DNA from: Octopus bimaculoides
Taxonomy: Eukaryota
Assembly: GCF_001194135.2 (NCBI RefSeq)
Contig: NC_068997.1
Coordinates: 48,155,628 to 48,196,318, forward strand
Direction of reading: 5' to 3'
Length of the DNA: 40,691 nucleotides
Each line of letters begins with the position of its first letter. Within the stretch, counting starts at the first letter, position 1. Below are positions 37,289-40,691 of the stretch, piece after piece. The notes under the pieces were generated by a model, which was given only the letters and a program-made list of their open reading frames with translations, was not told the DNA's origin and searched no databases. The position numbers and the translations under genes are program-made.

Positions 37289-37978
37289 GCCAGTTTTATA
37301 AGGAATAATTTTCCTTCGAAATAAAATCAAATTTATCGATTTTTTTTTCATGTATAAAAGAAAATTGTGGTTTTGTTGGAGCATAAAATGAGTAATGGTA
37401 GTATGGGAGCGTGTGTATATGCATGTATGTGTATGTGCATGTACATGTTTGTATCCATATGTGTATATTTTCGTGTGTGTAGATCTATATGTGTTTCTAC
37501 GCACGTGTACATAATTGTAAGGCTAAAAGTAAGTGAAAGGTGGAGGAGGAGGAGGAGGAGGAAACAGGGGAAGAAAGTAAAAGGGTGAAAACTAAGAAAA
37601 ACAGAAGATATTAAGAGAGAGAAAGAGAGAGAGTGAGAGAGAGACAGACAGACAGACAGACAAAAGGAGGTGAGAGACAGACAGACTGGCAGACAGACAG
37701 AGACGGAGGGTGAGAGAGACTGGTGTTGTAGTTAGAGTAAAATGGAGATGTATGAATGTGAGCGGACAGCTATATAGACAACCAACACACTCACACACAC
37801 ACAAACACACATATATATTTGTACACACACGCACACATATATATTACATAATGCATTATACTTGTGTCATATATATAATATATATTATATAGATATATGT
37901 TACATATTATATACTATATGTAGATCATATATTTTATACACACACATATATATATACCTATATATATATAATATATAA

Positions 37979-38009
<31 letters not shown>

Positions 38010-38206
38010 NNNNNNNNNNNNNNNNNNNNNNNNNNNNNNNNNNNNNNNNNNNNNNNNNNNNNNNNNNNNNNNNNNNNNNNATTTAAGTATATATATACGT
38101 ATACACGTATGTATACATTATTCATATATCGTATATGTGTATATATACAGAGAGAGCGAGAGTGAGAGAGAAGGACTGAGGCATATATCAATAGGTTATA
38201 TATCTC

Positions 38207-38348
<142 letters not shown>

Positions 38349-38489
38349 TATACACACATACAGCACATCATAATATATATTACTTTAACTCTAACAATGT
38401 TACAGGGAAATACAATTTCAGTAGTAACAGGATTTGAAGTAAACTTCATCCCAGCAGCAAAATAGTAACCACACATGCGCAAAGCAAAT

Positions 38490-39880
38490 AATAGCCACGT
38501 GCTGCTCACATACTAACCAAGTACTAACCAAGTACTAATAAACACGCCCCAGCAACATACTAACCACATAGTAACAAAATACTAAACACACTCTATCAAT
38601 ATACTAACCAAATCCTAGTCAGGTGCTTGGCACACACTAGCAACTTACTAATCACATATTGACCAAATACTAAACATATTATAATAATAGTTAAAATAAC
38701 CGCTTAGTTATCACAAACTAGACATTAATCACTGTTTCTCTAACTATAAAATAATCACACGCTATTCCGGCGTAAAATACAGTGAGCACAGTTATAGGAA
38801 GTCTTTACTAAACCAACACTAGTCATATGATAACCATACAGTGACCACGTATTAAGCGCAAATACATTAGCCACATAGAAAACACATACTAGTCCCACAA
38901 AAAAAACATGTAAAAACCAGAAAGTAACCATATAGTTGTCACAAACTTTAGCGTTAACCACAGTTAATCCCGTAGCCACAATCTCCACACACTTAACCTA
39001 TATTCATACGCTATAATCACATTATAACTACATATTAACAATACACTATTTCTATACTAAACATGCAATGACCATAGTTAAAGTAACCACGACCTGATCC
39101 CATACTAAACACTCAATGACCATAGTTACAGTAATCGCGTATATCATTTGTATGTTTCATATCTTTTACTTGCTAGACTTTTTAGACCTCGACCATGCCT
39201 ACGCACTGCTTGAAGGATTTTAGACGAATGACTCAACACCGGTACTTATTTTGTTAAAGCCTGGTGCTTATTCAACCGCTCTCTTTTGACGAACAACTAA
39301 GTTACAGGGACGTAAACTTACCAAGGCCGATTGTCAAGTGGTGGGGAACAAACACAGACACAAACACAGACACACACAAATACACACACACATGCTTATA
39401 TATTACAGATTCACAAAGGCTCTTTCCAGTTTCCGTCTGCCAAATCCAATCAGAAGGTTTTGGTCGGCTCGAGGTTGTAGTAAAAGACACTTGCCCTTGT
39501 TACCACGCAGTGGGACTGAACACGGAACCTTGTAGTTAGGAAGCAAACTTTTTAACACACCTATGCTCGCCCTTATTATCAAAAGTTAAATGGATAACAA
39601 CCTCATATCAACAAAATAGTAAACATACAACAATTCGAAACTAAACATTCAATGACCATACCTAAAATAACTTCATAATATCTAAAACTAATCATATAGT
39701 AACCAAAAGTAGCCACACATTAAACACATACTAAACATTCAATGACCTTAATGAAAGTAACCACATATTACGACAGACTAATCACATAGTAAGCAAATAG
39801 TAACCACGCTCTAATCTCATACTAAACACTCAATGACCATACATAAAGTAACCATTAATTATCACAAAGTAACCAAACAT
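38490..39880. repeat. Degenerate minisatellite (ACTAACCAC/AGTAACCAC/CAATGACCATA) split by a SINE-A insertion
   Basis: The same motifs occur on both sides of 39160-39565. Confidence 0.7.
39160..39565 (-). mobile_element. SINE family A, near full length, diverged
   Basis: Reverse-strand head (GCAGTGGGACTGAAC), body (AGTTTCCGTCTGCCAAATCCA) and tail. Confidence 0.85.
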
Positions 39881-40691
39881 AATGGCAAAAGCGGCAGTGT
39901 GCTTGATTAGTGTGTGTGTGTGTGTATGTGCATGTGTGTGTGCGTGTGATTTAGCTTAGTGAATGTGTTGATGTGTCTCTATGCGTATAAGTATGTGTCT
40001 TTGTGTGATGTATGTGGGTTGTCTCTTCCTTATCTATTTGGTCAGAGACAGCCCACACACATCACACAAAGAAACGCACGCATACACATAGACATACACC
40101 AACCAACACACTCACTGAACTAAATCATACACACACATACACGTTAAAACCAAATCATACAAACACTCAAAACCAAATTACACACACTAAGTTATATTAC
40201 ACACAGAGACACACACGAACTACGCCTCACACACATACACAAAGACACACATTCACATACACCCACATGCTGAAGCAAACCAGCACACTCATACATACTA
40301 AATGCAACCAGTCACACACACGTTCATAATAAACGAAGACAAACACATGCATATACATATACACACCATACCAAACTGACGTGTACATACAGAGACACAG
40401 ACACACATGCACTCACATGCATATTTACACACACACGTACACACACAGATATATACACACATACACATGAGGAATATATCAGTCAACACACGAAGTGCAG
40501 AAATCGAACCTAAATTTTCAAAGAGAATTGATTTTTCACAATTTCTTACAATCCCACCACTTCGCACCACTCTTTGCAATGTTCTTACCTCCATCTTAAT
40601 ACATCTATCTATCTATCTATTTGTCGCTTTCTCTCACTCTCTCTCTCTCTCTCACTATATATGTATATATACATACATACATATATATATA

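Overview
Repeat-saturated, AT-rich animal genomic DNA with 12 N-gaps (~4.5 kb). The microsatellite density and SINE families look cephalopod/Octopus-like; this is inference from recalled repeat consensus, not a database search. No host protein-coding exon, rRNA, tRNA gene or CRISPR array is supported, and almost all listed ORFs are microsatellite or N read-through. Recognisable content: three tRNA-headed SINE families (A, B, C; ~25 full or partial copies); 3' ends of two restriction-like-endonuclease (RLE) non-LTR retrotransposons, one Dong/R4-like ending in a (TAA)n tract; two mariner fragments; a hAT-type MITE with a near-perfect 8-bp TSD; and several degenerate minisatellites. The most interesting signal is a set of about ten minimal type-I hammerhead ribozyme (HHR) motifs of the Penelope-like-element/retrozyme kind, each with a palindromic stem III. 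One (993-1088, minus) has an intact catalytic core, an 8-bp stem I and an unusually long branched stem II.
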